From assembly GCA_964016885.1 (NCBI GenBank), contig OZ024746.1, positions 11,842,001-11,906,000 on the forward strand: 64,000 nt of DNA, in the 5' to 3' direction. A model generated the notes under the pieces. That model had not been told where the DNA came from and made no database searches. It saw only the letters and a program-made list of their open reading frames with translations. The translations under genes and the position numbers were made by a program. Of this stretch, positions 38,560 to 51,944 are shown piece by piece (positions within the stretch are counted from its first letter, which is position 1; each line of letters starts with the position of its first letter). This DNA comes from Eledone cirrhosa. Lineage: Eukaryota.

Positions 38560-39313
38560 GTAAGTGATCGCAACTATAAATCCATCAATTCCATTATCAT
38601 TTAGTCCCCATGTTGTTCAGCCAAATCAGTTTGTACGAATGCAATGTCCTTGATAGGTTTTCAGTAATTTAGACTCGTGCAAAAACTGTCCTCATAGTCT
38701 TAGGGTTTTTTTTCTGTCTCATCTACTACTGATTTAACTCTATTACATTGTTCTTGCCATATCTCATTCTGCTGCTCAGAATAACGCACTTTCCGCAGGA
38801 TCTATTTTATATATAGAAAATGAATGCATATACTTTTCTGTTCAACTTTATTTCATGACTGTCAGAAGGGATTATGACATGGAGAACTGAACTAGCTGGA
38901 GTAGTTGTTATATATACAAGTTTTCGTCAATTTTATTCAGCGTTCATACAAAAAGCCTTTTCACTTATGGACATCTATGAAGTTATTTTTTCCTCTTTCT
39001 CCCTTGTCATCAACATTAACAGCTATTTAAATTCCAAGTTATGAAGTCTAGTACTGACAACTTGCTCGACATTACGTCATATTTATTTACCCTATAATAA
39101 GAAGGGACCTGTCTATAATTCTTGTGTAAAAAAATGTATCTTGTTTGAAGTTTAAGTGTGGTATTTTTATGCTATGCTAGAGACTATATTGACAGAGGAA
39201 CGTCGTGTTAGCTCAACTGTGTTCTCTCTTTATAATTTTATAGATCGGTATATATGACAATAATAGCCGTCCGTGTTATATATATGTATACACATACATA
39301 TGTAATATAATGT

Positions 39314-39363
39314 TCTTGTTTGATGACCCCGTGAGAAGCAGGCGAAACTCCTGCGTAACAAGA
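39314..39363 (+). ncRNA. Second hammerhead motif copy (C3 replaced by T), sense in UBXN7 intron 1
   Basis: TCTTGT-TTGATGA-CCCCGTGAGAAGCAGGC-GAAAC-TCCTGC-GTA-ACAAGA: 6-bp stem I and GUA cleavage triplet; the element continues to about 39450 and is flanked by TA/CA repeats. Confidence 0.65.
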
Positions 39364-42124
39364 CTCTCTATTTAGCCTTAATAAAACGAATAATTAAACT
39401 GTACTTCGGTATTGAGTACTCTTTTCTCTCGACCGTCAACTACACACGGATATATATATACACATACACACCTACATCCATTTGATTCCTTTAAATTCAA
39501 ATTTACGTAACTTGGAATCGAGCGGTGTATTTTACTGGTATTAGTTTTATAGATGACTATTTGATCTTAGAAGTTATTTAGTGTTTGTCGTCATCTATTA
39601 TACCATAAAACATTACATATAAATGATCAGATATAGGACAATACAAACTGCAAATATCTCACTTTCCGATAATGTTCATTCTCTAAGTTCCTTTCAATCT
39701 AAATAATTCATTGTCCTTGTACAAGTTTAGTTTTACTTGGTTGATATTGTGAGTGGCATCATGTTTCTTATAATTAAACCTGGTCAGAGCCTGCGACGTC
39801 CGGAATTTGTTCACTTTATTGATAGATATTTCAATAATTCTATCTTGATTGCGGCTTTTTTTATAATTGCTTTTTCTTTTCAATAAAGAGACATATCTAT
39901 GGTTTTGTATGGGGCGACAACTAGAGCTCTTCTTGTAAGGTATTTTTTTAAATTTTCATTGTAACAAATCCACACCAAACAGCCAGCGAGCAAGAAAATC
40001 TCTACATGGTTGCTCTATCTGTTAGAAATAACAGTTAAAACTAAACTTCCTCATAAATCATAGCGTTGTCTTACAATGTCCCTCAATATTAAAAAAAACA
40101 TACGGCGGGATGGTCACCGCTCTACTGCCTTTCATTTGAACTCACCTGGGACTAAGCAACTACATACAAACGTTTTTCCTTTGTAATTATTGTTTTTTAA
40201 ATACAAATAAGCTAGAATATTTTTTTAGTCATTTCACAATTGAATGTGAAATGTAGGAGTTGAAATAATATTGAAATATATAAGTAATTATTAACATCAT
40301 CGATTTCTCATAAGTGTCATAGTGTAATAATGACAAAAGTTTTTATATAAATTTGTGTTATTGTTTAATGAGCTATTGACAAGAAATTGTAACTTTGTAT
40401 ATTTATTTAACTTTAAACACAAATAATAATATTGTTAAATTCAGGTTCTGACTAAAGTTTTACGGAATATTGAAAAAAGATCGATTTAATGTTGCATTTT
40501 TTAAATATTTTCTGAGTACGGATACGAATACAGTTAACGAGAACTTGGTATAATCGAAAGTTGTCATTAAACCTGTCATAGCAATTAAATGTTAGAAACA
40601 CATGAGTAGCTTTTCATTGTGACTGACTCTGCCGACATTTGCTGCTTGAATAGCACATCGGCATTCTTACACAATTTTATCGAATTAGTTTGTAGACACT
40701 ATCTAGTCAGAGAGAGCGAGAGATGTTTAAAACTATTGGCTATTATTTGGAAAAGATAGAAGCATTACATTTTCCTTTTCTCTGAAAATATGTAGTGGTG
40801 CCCCAGGCAAAGACAACTCTCAGTGGGTTCATACAGCTTGTAACACATCTAGCTGCATTAATATGTATAGTTCACAGCAGTTTAATAATCCAATAATCCA
40901 ATGTTTTGATCGTTTACAGTGCTCCTTGTCACAAGGAAAAGAACCAAGTAACTCTTCCAGTTTAAATTTATTTTAAGAAATGTTAAGCTATTTAAGTTGA
41001 ATAAACGATATATAGTAGTTGTAGCAGTAACCTCATGTTCATAGTACAAACAAAAGGCGGTTGTACTAAATAGCATGTTATATATGTAATAGTATGGATG
41101 TATTTTAAGTTAAGAAGCTCTGAGTTTCTCACTAAAAACTGTCTTCATCTTATTGACTTCAGTGGGTAATAAATGCTAATCTCCCTTCAGGAATTTTGGA
41201 GGGCCTCATTTCTTTCCCTTTATAAAATCAACGGCAACAGTTTAATGTTCGTTTTATTTTCTATGCCGGAAGAGGTTGTTATAAAATATTTTGTCATCTA
41301 CCTTTGTGCAGCCTAGCATCCTAAAATCTGGTCTCACCACTTCCCACACCACCTTTAGTCTTTTGTACTTGTCATTGAAAACATTTAAGAAATTGAATTC
41401 TTTGTTTATTTAATTTTATAGTTTCTTCTATGCCCCAAAATGTCTTATTTTAAAATCTAATTACACAATCATCTTTTCTATTACCTTATGTTCCAGCAGT
41501 GTTCAACTGCATGTAGCCATAGAAATATTTTTTATTACATGTGAACAGTTACTATTGTTGCAAATAATACCCAAATGACATCTGTATATCAACTTGTGGC
41601 TACAATGTACTGTTGCTTGTGAACATAAGTACAATATATTATATATATATGAGTTTAGATCGATATCCAGTTGTATGTCATATTATGTACACATATATAT
41701 TTATGTTACAAACTTAGTTGTATTTATTGTTGAGTTAAAAAAAAAAATCTAATTTATATATTTATAGTTCTTACAATGAGACATATTTATACTGGTGTAA
41801 GTTTAATAAAATGTAATCCATTCTCTACATTGGATGACCCTGTTAATATAGGATGCTAGGCAATCACCCATGAATTTGCTAGTTTGCATTCAATAATAGC
41901 GTTACATGCATCAATGATTAATCTACTTAATGCCTAATTATTTTTAGTTCCAAGGAGGTACTGTGCTTCTTATCTTAAATCCTTCATCACTTTGGACAGG
42001 AAGCATTTAGTTTGATCAACTGGGTTACCTACTTGTGACATAAACATGTAATGGCCTGGAATTCTAGGCAGAATCAAAACAAACTATATGTTACTAGGCT
42101 AGATCTTTGAATTGCTGTTACAAT

Positions 42125-42467
42125 GGAGGCACATGGCTTAGTGGTTAGAGCATTGGCCTTGCAATCGAAAGGTTGTGAGTTCAATTCTCAGACCGGGTGA
42201 TGTGTTGTTTCCTTGAGCAAGACACTTTATTTCACATTGCTCCAGTTTACTCAGCTGTAGAAATGAGATGATAGGGACTGGGGTCCCTATCATTCCACTG
42301 CAAAGTGGTCGTGGAGGTGCCACGGCAAAAAAGCACCCAGCACTCACTGTAAATGAGGTTGGTGTTAGGAAGGGCATCCAACTGTAGAAATCAAGCCAGA
42401 ATCAGTTCCCGCCCCACCCTTGCAAGCAGGGAAAATGCGGACATAAAATGGAATGATGATGATGATG
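42125..42467 (+). mobile_element. Full-length tRNA-derived SINE
   Basis: A box TGGCTTAGTGG, B box GAGTTCAATTC, central CCTTGAGCAAGACACTT motif, 3' (GAT)n tail. Confidence 0.9.
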
Positions 42468-44308
42468 AATCTATCTGATGGGCTTCTACATTTTTTTTTG
42501 TCGACCAAACTTTTCTCACACGGCTCGGGTTGACTCAAGGTTATAGTAAAAGATACTTGTTCAAGATGTCACACGAGATTGAACCTGGGACATAGTGATT
42601 GTGAAGCGAATTTCTTAATTACCCAGCCATGCTTGAGATATGATACTCTTCTGAGGCAGTTCTTTAGAATTGATGAGGTGTTTCATCAGCCTACAGTGCT
42701 AACTTAGTTTGTCTTGTGGGAAAAGCTCCTTGTGATAGACCAACATCTTATCCCGGGAAAGATTTATCTCTCTTGTTTTTTGACTAGGCATTTTATAAGG
42801 GAGAGAATATAGTTGATTGAATCAATCCTAGTAGTGTGTTAAATCAAAGATTTGGACAAATTATCCCTAACACGTATTTCAAATACAACATACAAGTGTT
42901 GCATTAATCTTTTTCATCATTTGAAGGATTTATTTGACCAGTTTCTGTAATGTTAAGCAGCTTAGCCAAATGTTATATAACTTGTGACATCTATTTAGAG
43001 ATGCATTTAACATGGACACATGCAGCTTTGGTGAAAGAATAGGAACTACTAACTCTGTAAATGTTTGTCTTGTATCCCATCAATTCGTCCATCTATGTAC
43101 TTAGGTGCTGTATTATTGGAATATTATCATCGTTTTTATGTCCTCTTTCCCATGGTAGCATGGGTTTTGACGGAATGGTTTGAGACAATGTTTGACAGTG
43201 GAATACTCTTCTTGACGCCAACCATTTTAGTTGCCTTTTATGATACACGGGGATACTTTGTACCTTTTCTAAAACCAATATACACATTTGATTCTGGAAG
43301 GATGAGAGAGACAAAGTTGATCCTGGTTTGAATTTAGAATGTGGAATGAGACTAAAATACATTAAAGTTGCACTAATTTGAACAATTTAGTTTCATTTGT
43401 TTCGGTTAATCGACCTTGTATTTTTATCTCTCTAGAATTGATAAAACAAGTAATATGTTTAAAATAATGGAGTTGACTTAGTCAATTGTATACCTTGTTG
43501 GTCTTGATATGTATTTGGGGCCCATTATATCGTGTAGTCTTCCAAGTATTTGGTCTGTCAATAGCAACAATGTTTTTTACAAGATTTTATTTGTTTTTAC
43601 TAATATTTCATTTTTGGAAGGGCTTTGTTACCATACTTATTTAGTTTTTTTCTTCTTCTTCAAACTGGAACAGTTATAGTTAAGTCAGTGTTAACATATT
43701 TAACGTGAGGAGTATTATAAAACTAAATAAAAATGATGTCGAAGGAAAAAAAATCCGTTATATTATGTTTTTGTTGTTTTTAATTTTGACAACTACGGGA
43801 GACAACTCTGAACATATCAGTGAAACCTAGATGTAACCATACTTAGCGAAGTAGTGTGTACAATAATGTAAATAAAAATATTTACAGTAAAAGTTAAGTT
43901 AGTGTTTACAGAGTTTAATGCAGAAAGCATAAAAAATAATTATAGATGAGAGTCATTGGTTTAAATCATCGGAACAATTGTTAAATATTGTGTGTAAACT
44001 GCACCTTTATTTTACATACATCATTCTTTGTTTAGTTCTTGACTACAAATTATAGGCCGTGTTGGTAAATACTGCTTATATATACTTAGATAAAATTTCC
44101 ATCAAAATGATTCCAAACTAAGCATAAATTTTTTCACTGTAATATAAACATTTAAAGAGAAGTGTCTAAAGCACTGTTGGTAAACATCAGTGTTGAATGG
44201 CTACACTTGGCATTTACAATGTACCATATATTTATATGTAGGTCTAGTAGATAAGTTGCATCCTAAGGTTATATCTTTGTGGGGAAAAGGTGTGACTTAC
44301 AGTGCATA

Positions 44309-44705
44309 CATCATCATCGTTTAACGTCTGCTTTTCCTGCTAGTAAGGGTTGGACGGATCTACATAGACCAAGTCAATATTGAAACAGGGCTGATGACTT
44401 CCCAGACAGGCCAGGGGTCTGCATCTCACTTATGTATAGTCTCACGTTCTACTGAGTGCACAGGAGAGGTCATCTCTTTGACACAACTGAAGGGTCCTCT
44501 CTACACTTTGTTTTGCAAGCTTTCTACAGCTGGATGCCCTTCCAATTACGAACCACTTTACAGCATTTATTGTGTAGATAACCAATACTAAGAGGTTGTC
44601 AAGTCCTTGACACGACTGAAGAATCCTACCAACCATTTGTTTGGCAAGCTTTCTATGATTGGATACCCTTCCTATCACCAACCACTTTACAGTGTGTACT
44701 GGGTA
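44309..44705 (-). mobile_element. SINE-like dispersed repeat with internal modules
   Basis: Homologous to 28088-28560; (CAT)n-CGTTTAACGTC tail. Confidence 0.75.
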
Positions 44706-45339
44706 ATTACATAAATATATAATCTGCTTTTCTATGCTTGCATAAATTGGATGAGTCATCTCCATCACATTTCTCCATTTGTCATGGTTGCCCCCCCCCC
44801 CCATCTTGGCATAATCCTGATTTGTTTGACTACTACATTAAAGGGGCTACTGAGTGCATACCACTGTTATACACTAGAGAGGATTCTCTCACTGCAAGTT
44901 AAATGAACCTCTCCACCCTGTAGTTTCCAATCACTAGCCACATTTACTTTTATAATTGCAGTTCTTGTACTGGTGGATGGGTCTTTTGTAATATGGCAAA
45001 TTGTCAGTCAACTTGGTCCTGTGTTATTTCCTTTGCAAGGTTCACTTTCTTGGGGTCATTCTTCACAACTTCGTTCCATATCTTCCTTGGTTTCCTTCCT
45101 TGGGTTCCATCTACTTAAAATGCAATTTTTTTTACAACTCTTGTTCTCCTTATGAAGTCATACCAGTGGCATTGTCTTTCTTGCACACCACATCTGATTT
45201 CATTTATATTCAGCTTTTGCATCAATGTACTTGTGTTCTTATGTTCATGCACACTAACATTACACACCCAGCAGAAGATCCATGCTTCATTTCCTTTCAG
45301 CCATTGAACATTTTCTGCATCTTTCATATATGGGGCAAA

Positions 45340-45620
45340 AAGGTGGCGGATTGGCAGAGTTGTTAGAATGTCGGATAGAATGTTTTGTGCTAAAGTTTTG
45401 GTTTTCTATCTCTGAGTTAAAATCTCGATGAGGTCAACTTTGCCTTTCATCCATTTGTGGTCGATAAAGAAAAGTACCCGTCTAGTACTGGCATCAATTC
45501 TTCCTCTATATCTCTTTCTCACTTCCATTCTTTCACTCTTTCTCTGGAAGAAATCTGCTCTACCAGGTTTTAAAATCCCCTAGAAACACTATATGCCAAT
45601 ATGACACCCCTATGACTCCC
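45340..45620 (+). mobile_element. tRNA-derived SINE with extended 3' segment
   Basis: GGTGGCGGATTGGCAGAG head, GTCAACTTTGCCTTTCATCC..GTCGATAAA core. Confidence 0.8.
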
Positions 45621-45639
45621 TCATATATGGGGTACAGGT

Positions 45640-46065
45640 ATGGTGTGAAGAATGAAGTAGGGGAAGGAGTTTGGAGTTTGTTGATAGTTTGTCTATCTGT
45701 ATCCCCCCAATCCCAGAAAGACTATAAACTTGTTACATACACATTTGGTGGATCTTTTGTCAACTGTCGACTACCTGTTGGTACATGAATGAACTAGAGG
45801 AACCTAGAAGAGAAGGTTGTTACACAGCACCATCTAGTTGTTTGCGATCTGAGTATGAAAGGTGGTAGGAGAGATCAGCATAAAATATATCAACAAAGGC
45901 TGAAGGTATGGAGGTTAAAAGGGGCAACATTGAGTATGGTGCAAGATGATATATATGAACTTAAGAGTACTTGGAAGTCTTTGGAAGAGGATTTGTTGAT
46001 ATGAGTAGATGGACAAAAGGACCACCAAGTCACATGGAAACAGTGGTGGAATGATGCTGGAAAAA
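45640..46065 (+). mobile_element. Decayed LINE fragment (end of APE domain and linker)
   Basis: Reads QHHLVVCDL and TKGPP...WWND in broken frames. Confidence 0.55.
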
Positions 46066-46574
46066 AGATTAATGATTCCTAAAATGCATGTACATTTTTA
46101 GATTTTAAACTGCTATTTAAGTTTCTGTTATTTCACATTGCCAGAGACAGATGAACTTCGTTCTATCTGTAAACTGCTATAAGAAATCTTGTGAACAAGA
46201 AGTGAATTAATAAACCTTAAAACTAGTCAGATTGATCTCTTTTTAACCACAAAAAAATCTGGAGTTTAACCATGATGTTTACTTTTCACAGCAATGCTAA
46301 ATGGTGGATTTTCTAAGAACATATTTGTATGGTTTACCTCACATTTCTTCACCTTTGTTACATTTGGGAGTTGTTTTCCTTCCATTGCAGTACTTATTTA
46401 TAAGTTGTCTTGATTATAGACTAAACATAGTGACCCTGTGACATTATGAAATCTACCACTATTTTCAATGGTTGTCTGGTACCATATTAATTTGTGTATA
46501 TACCAGCATAATGCCCTTGTAGTTGTTTCTTTCTAGAACATCTTTTCCTTTATAGATGCTGTTGGTGCAAACCA

Positions 46575-46810
46575 CTATACCTAGTATTCATTGATATTGA
46601 AAAGGCCTTTGACAAAGTACTATAGTCTGTAGTGGGTTGTTGCTAAGAAAACTAGGTATAGATGAATAGCTTGTGTATGATTTGCAAGCCATCTACAGAG
46701 ATAGTTAACAAGGTGAGAGTTAATAATGAATTCAGTATCCTGGTTGATGTAAATCTGGGCTTAGATCTCAGCCCCAATGTCCTGTTTACTATAACTTTCC
46801 AGGCTAGAAT
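46575..46810 (+). mobile_element. Decayed RTE RT fragment
   Basis: VFIDIEKAFDKV...LRKLGIDE...LSPNVLFTITFQA. Confidence 0.75.
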
Positions 46811-46848
46811 AGAATGCATCCATTGAGTGACAGGATGCATTCTATTAA

Positions 46849-47079
46849 CTCTTTCATTACCATATTTCTAATGAGATACATTGTATTTGAATTAATGAAA
46901 AAATACTAATATTAATATTTTTACTTCAATATTAAGATAGTATTTGTAACATAATTTAATAAAAAGGTTTTTATATCAAATAATTTTAGAAAATTTAAAT
47001 TTAAGTAGGAACTATTTAAAACAGGTGGTTTTGTTGTCTAGGACCAGAGGTAGTTTTTGGTGGATTAGTATCAAAAGGG
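46849..47079. mobile_element. TTAA-flanked MITE, family B
   Basis: TTAA-CTCTTTCATTAC ... GTATCAAAAGGG-TTAA; inverted relatives at about 47430-47660 and 63340-63510. Confidence 0.6.
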
Positions 47080-47814
47080 TTAACACAATACCTTATTGAA
47101 CTTAGTAATCTGTGACTCTGAAGGAAATCTATTACCAATGGGAAGCAAACTTGTACTTATTTCATTGATGCAGAATCACTTGCTTCATTTCTAATTGAGA
47201 AAGCAAAATAATGTAATCCTAGACTGAATTCAAAATCTTTTCTGTGAATCATAGGACTGGCTTTTCCAATTTGGATGAAAGATACTCCCCTTAACTAAGG
47301 CAAGCTGGATTATTGCAGGTTTTTGAGGGGAACATTTGAATTCAATGTTGTAAGCCAAAGAAATACTTGACAATTCCCAAGTGCTGTTGATATTGTCAGC
47401 AATAATTTATAGTACCCATGAAACCAAATTAGCCCTTTTAACCTACCAGAATCTGACCCTATCTTTATGAAATAAAAGCACCCATTTTAAGGGTTCCTAT
47501 TTAAATTTGAATTTTTCAGCAATTTTGTATAAGAGCTATATGTTAAGTTAGTATTTTAGTAATGAAATAATTAACGGTTTTCGTAAACTCCTCAAAATTC
47601 TTTATTAATTAATTGAAATTAGGTGTATTTCATTAGAAATACTGTCACAACAAGGATTAAAGTAGCTGGGTTGATTTGGCCATTGAGAATTAAGTATTTT
47701 GCCAGAAGACATGACAATGAACAGGTGACAGTACGCACCCTTGGTCGAGTCTGACTCCCACATTGAATGGTTTTGATTTAGCACCATTTATCCAAACAAA
47801 TTCCTATAGAGACA

Positions 47815-49300
47815 TCACGGCAGTAACAAGCTGACCATCGATCTCATATTCCTGCAGAACCTTCCACAGCAGGTCTCGAGGAACACAGTCTGTCTACAAA
47901 ACAAGAATATACCTCTTGGCAATACTCCCATGATTTCTCGAAGATCTGCTGCAGTGTAAATATTTGGTCAGCTGTGCTGCTTCTGGGGCAAAAAACCGTA
48001 CTGTTCATCAGCTAGCTTGGACTCGACAATCTCCCTGCATCACTTTGCCAAACATTTACAATAGACTTTACCAGGGAGGCTTAACAAGGAGATTCCTCTG
48101 TAATTGGAACAATTTCTCCTTTATGAAAATTGGGATTATTACTCACAATTCCCATTGTTTAGGTGCCTTTCTGGAGAACCAGGCCCCCTGGCACACATGA
48201 GTCAGCCAGAGATTGCCTCTATTTAAGGCTTTAAACATCTTGGGTCGGATTTCATCTTCCCAGTGGCCTTGTTGCATTTGAGCTCTTTAACTGCTCTTGT
48301 GACTTCAACTACTGAGAGTTTAGTCACTGCTCACAGTTGCACCTCTGAGGAGAAGAGAACCCCAGACGCATTCCTGATAGCAGGTGTGGAGGAGGACTCC
48401 TTATTATGAAGCCTGCGGATGTTCTGCCAGAACACTTTATTTGCTGATCTGAAGTTGGATTTCAGCTTAAACCCAAAGTCCTCCGAAGTCTTAATTTTGG
48501 ACGCCTTTACTGTCTCTGCTGCGATTTTCCATGCCTGCTTGTAACACAAATGCAAAGAGGACTTATTTCCAAGCCAATCTTTGTAAGCCTCCTTCTTTGC
48601 TCGGATGGCATCTTTGGTCTCTTCACCGAACCAAGGGGTCTTCCTGCCATTTGGTGCCACACCAAGTCTCTTTCATCTGCAGCATTTAACAGCTGAAGCA
48701 GAAATTGCTGAGCTGAACAATCTTCACTCTGTCTCAACATCCTCAGTTTGCTCAGAGGGTTTGGATGCAATAATATCTGCATACCTGGTCTTGACTTCCT
48801 TATCCACCAATGCTTCCCACTTTATCTTGTAGGTTGACCTGTACCTGCCAGTTTTGTGAGCCTCTTTGGCTTTAGGTAATCTCAAGTTGCAGATAACTAG
48901 ATGGTGATCAGTTTACAGCTCTGCCCATCTCTTAACACGAACATCCAGCGCAGAATCAAAGAGATCTGAGATAATAAAATTAATTATTGATCTCTGACCC
49001 TGATTCCCCTTATACTATGTATAATTATGGATGTTTCTTGCTGGAAGAGTCCATTACTAGAACAGAAATCTAATAAGGCCACTCCATTTGTATTTAGATC
49101 TGGGTTGCCATTCCTTCCAATCACTCCTTCCCATGTCAGGAGATCAGTGCCAACATGTGCATTGAAGTCGCCAATCAAGATATGACTCAGACTTAACTAC
49201 ATTTAACACTGCAGTGACTTCATCAAAGAACGATCTGCATTCGGACCACCTTGTTTGGTGCATAAACTTGCACCACCCACTGAGAACTAAGCTTCAAGAA
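47815..49300 (-). mobile_element. Decayed RTE-clade LINE: APE endonuclease, linker and RT N-terminus
   Basis: [90 protein letters not shown]; many frameshifts. Confidence 0.93.
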
Positions 49301-50146
49301 ACAAATCCTCCCTCCTAATGGGGTCTTCATTTATGTATGCTTCCACACTGGCCAGCGCATACTTATGTACAAGCTTAAATCCAATGACATTACTATTACT
49401 GTTCTCATTATTATTACTTTTACTATTATTAATACCTTCATTTTTGTTTGTTTAATCATTTTACTTTTATTAACATAATTTTCCATACATCATAGCTGGA
49501 AATTATTTGGCTATTCTAAAAAGTATATATTAGTGTTTCATAGCAAAAATGTTTTTTTCATGGCATGAAATTGTCCTTCTTACTCCACATAATGAAGTAA
49601 TTATCCTTGCATCTATTTCGGCTATTGCAAGAGAGTGTCTTCACGTACTGCCATTATGTCTTCCTGCTTTCTTTTGGTCATAATGTTTTTTTGAAATATT
49701 TAATTCTGTATCTACAGATTGATTTTTCTCAGTTTCAGAAGAACCTGTATAGGGTGAAAGCAGAAATTCTTTGCTTAAACCTTAATCTGTACTAATAATA
49801 AATATTTGCTCAACAGGTTTATATATACGTATATATACAATCCTTATCGAGCCCTCCCTCCTAATTGTGTGTGTGTGTGTTAGCAACCTGTTCTGTTGAT
49901 CATATCAATTGGAACACTCGTTGACGTAATGGATGGAGTACTAGTTATATATGTGTGTGTGAGTAATGTATGTAATACACAGAAACACACACACCACATT
50001 AATTATCCAAATAATTAAAAAAACATTGCTTGTTCTGCAGTTGAATGAGTAAATACGATAAAACAGAATATTATTTATTCCTTTCATAAAACAATGGGTC
50101 ATATACTAGTTTATGATAATCTGAACAACTGTGTTTAATTTTGCAG

Positions 50147-50297
50147 GTGTCACTGCCGATGTTGGAGAACGGATGATTGAAGCATGTAATGGAGATCTCC
50201 AAATGGCTGTGGAAATGCACATGGATGGAAATACTGGCCTTATGCTTCCTAATTCCGAAAAAGGAAGTACAAGTACAAAATCAAACATTTCAAATAA
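50147..50297 (+). CDS. UBXN7: UBXN7 coding exon 2 (VTADVGERMIEACNGDLQMAVEMHMDG...), UBA-like domain
   Basis: TTTTGCAG| acceptor, AA|GTAAAT donor, phases 1 to 2; similar to the UBXN7 motif MLEACNNNLEMAV. Confidence 0.92.
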
Positions 50298-50523
50298 GTA
50301 AATACAGTTTTATTTTTGTAAATATAAAAAAAAATATTTGTTTAATTAATACCAAATAGATTACATGTTTTAAGTTAAATATACAATTTAACTTTAATTG
50401 GGTTGTCTGAAATATGCATTATGTATATATACTGTTTGGTGTGTATATATGTGATGTTTGTGCATGTATATACAATGTGTGTGTGTGTCTTTAACCATTT
50501 TCTCAGTTAGGTCCAAGCTTTAA

Positions 50524-50722
50524 CCCTTTAACATTTACATTACTTTATATTTACTATTGTATTTTCATGGTAAAGGCTTTACCTCACATAATTATCTCAC
50601 GTAATGTTGAATCTGAGATTTTGATATTATTTATTTTGAGAACAATACCTTAACATCAGTATGAGCAGCCAGTTTGAACAGAAAGAGGTGAGAGGATACT
50701 GGCCGGTTTAAATGTTAAAGGG
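50524..50722 (-). mobile_element. piggyBac-like MITE, family A
   Basis: TTAA-CCCTTTAACATTTA ... TAAATGTTAAAGGG-TTAA, perfect 14-bp TIR. Confidence 0.9.
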
Positions 50723-51503
50723 TTAAATGAAACTGGGTAAAGAGAAACAGTTTGGACTGTACATGTGATTCAAAGGCCAGTCATATCACATATTGTGATG
50801 CTGATTCTAGTTGAAGATTGTCTTAAGGGAACACGTGCCTGTGAAATAATCCTGAGGAAGTTCTGGTTGAATGGTTAAGAAGTTCCCTTCTGGTTGAATG
50901 GTTAAGAAGTTCCCTTTGTAGTCACAAAATCCTGGATTCAATCCCATGCAAGTGTTTTTTTTTACCCTTCATAACTTTGGGTTGACATCCACTTTGTAGG
51001 TGTAGACAGAGACTGTTGTGTGTAGACAGAGACTGTTGACACCTGTTGGATGTGATGTATCTATAATTTAATGGGCTAGCTTTGTTACAGATTATAACTG
51101 GGAATTACTTTAAGAGAATTAATGTTTGTAAGGTACTCAGCCATGTATATTCTAATTTAAAGAGCAGGTAGTTTATTAATATTATTAAAACTAATGACTG
51201 ATTTATTTCTATATATTCTGTATGTTTTAGTGTGTGTGTGGGCCAGGGGTCACATCTCACATGCATTCATACACACTATAGTGTATTAGGTGCATTTTAT
51301 TATGACACCAACTGGTGCATGGGCACACACACATGTATATATAGAGGCTGCACCTCTTAAATCCAGCAATGTTGGTACCAGGCTGTTGCTAAAACACCAG
51401 AAAACATATAAATTGATCCACAAGAAGTTCTATGTAAGCATCATCTTCCCATCTCATCCTACATATATATTGATGTCTTACTAAAGCTAGAACTAAGAAA
51501 TAA

Positions 51504-51935
51504 TCTATATATTAATACACTAATACCTACGTACCGTACGCCCGACTGTGTGTCACGCTTTCAGTAATATAAATAAAAGTCGAATGACGTCCGTGAGACG
51601 TGCTAAAACTATGGAAGGGGGGTGGTAAACAATCTACGAAAATCTACAGCGAAAGAAAATCAAAGAACGTTGCAACGTTTGGAAAGGAGAGAGAGAGAGA
51701 TTGGGGGGGGGGGGGGTTATAATATATAGAGAGAAGGGGGTTATAATATAGAGAGAGGGGGTTATAATATATATATAGATAGAGGGGATTAAATATATAT
51801 ATAGAGAGAGGGGATTAAATATATAGAGAGAGAGAGAGGGGTGTTATAATATATAGAGAGGGTGGTTTTAATATATAGAGAAAGGAATGGGTTTATATAT
51901 AGAGAGAGGGGGGTTTTAATATATTTAGAGATAGG
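51504..51935 (+). mobile_element. Possible Helitron-like 5' end followed by a (GA)n-Gn-(TA)n minisatellite
   Basis: Starts A|TCTATATATTAAT, CpG-rich stretch, then roughly 9-10 degenerate units GAGAGGGGGTTATAATATATA (51690-51935); no CTRR 3' end seen. Confidence 0.4.
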
Positions 51936-51944
51936 TTAACACTC

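Noticed and set aside
42125-42200. tRNA gene
   Set aside because: A and B boxes present but no full cloverleaf, and it runs into a SINE body and tail.
47815-49300. Intact or domesticated LINE ORF
   Set aside because: Multiple stops and frameshifts; the RT catalytic core is absent from this copy.
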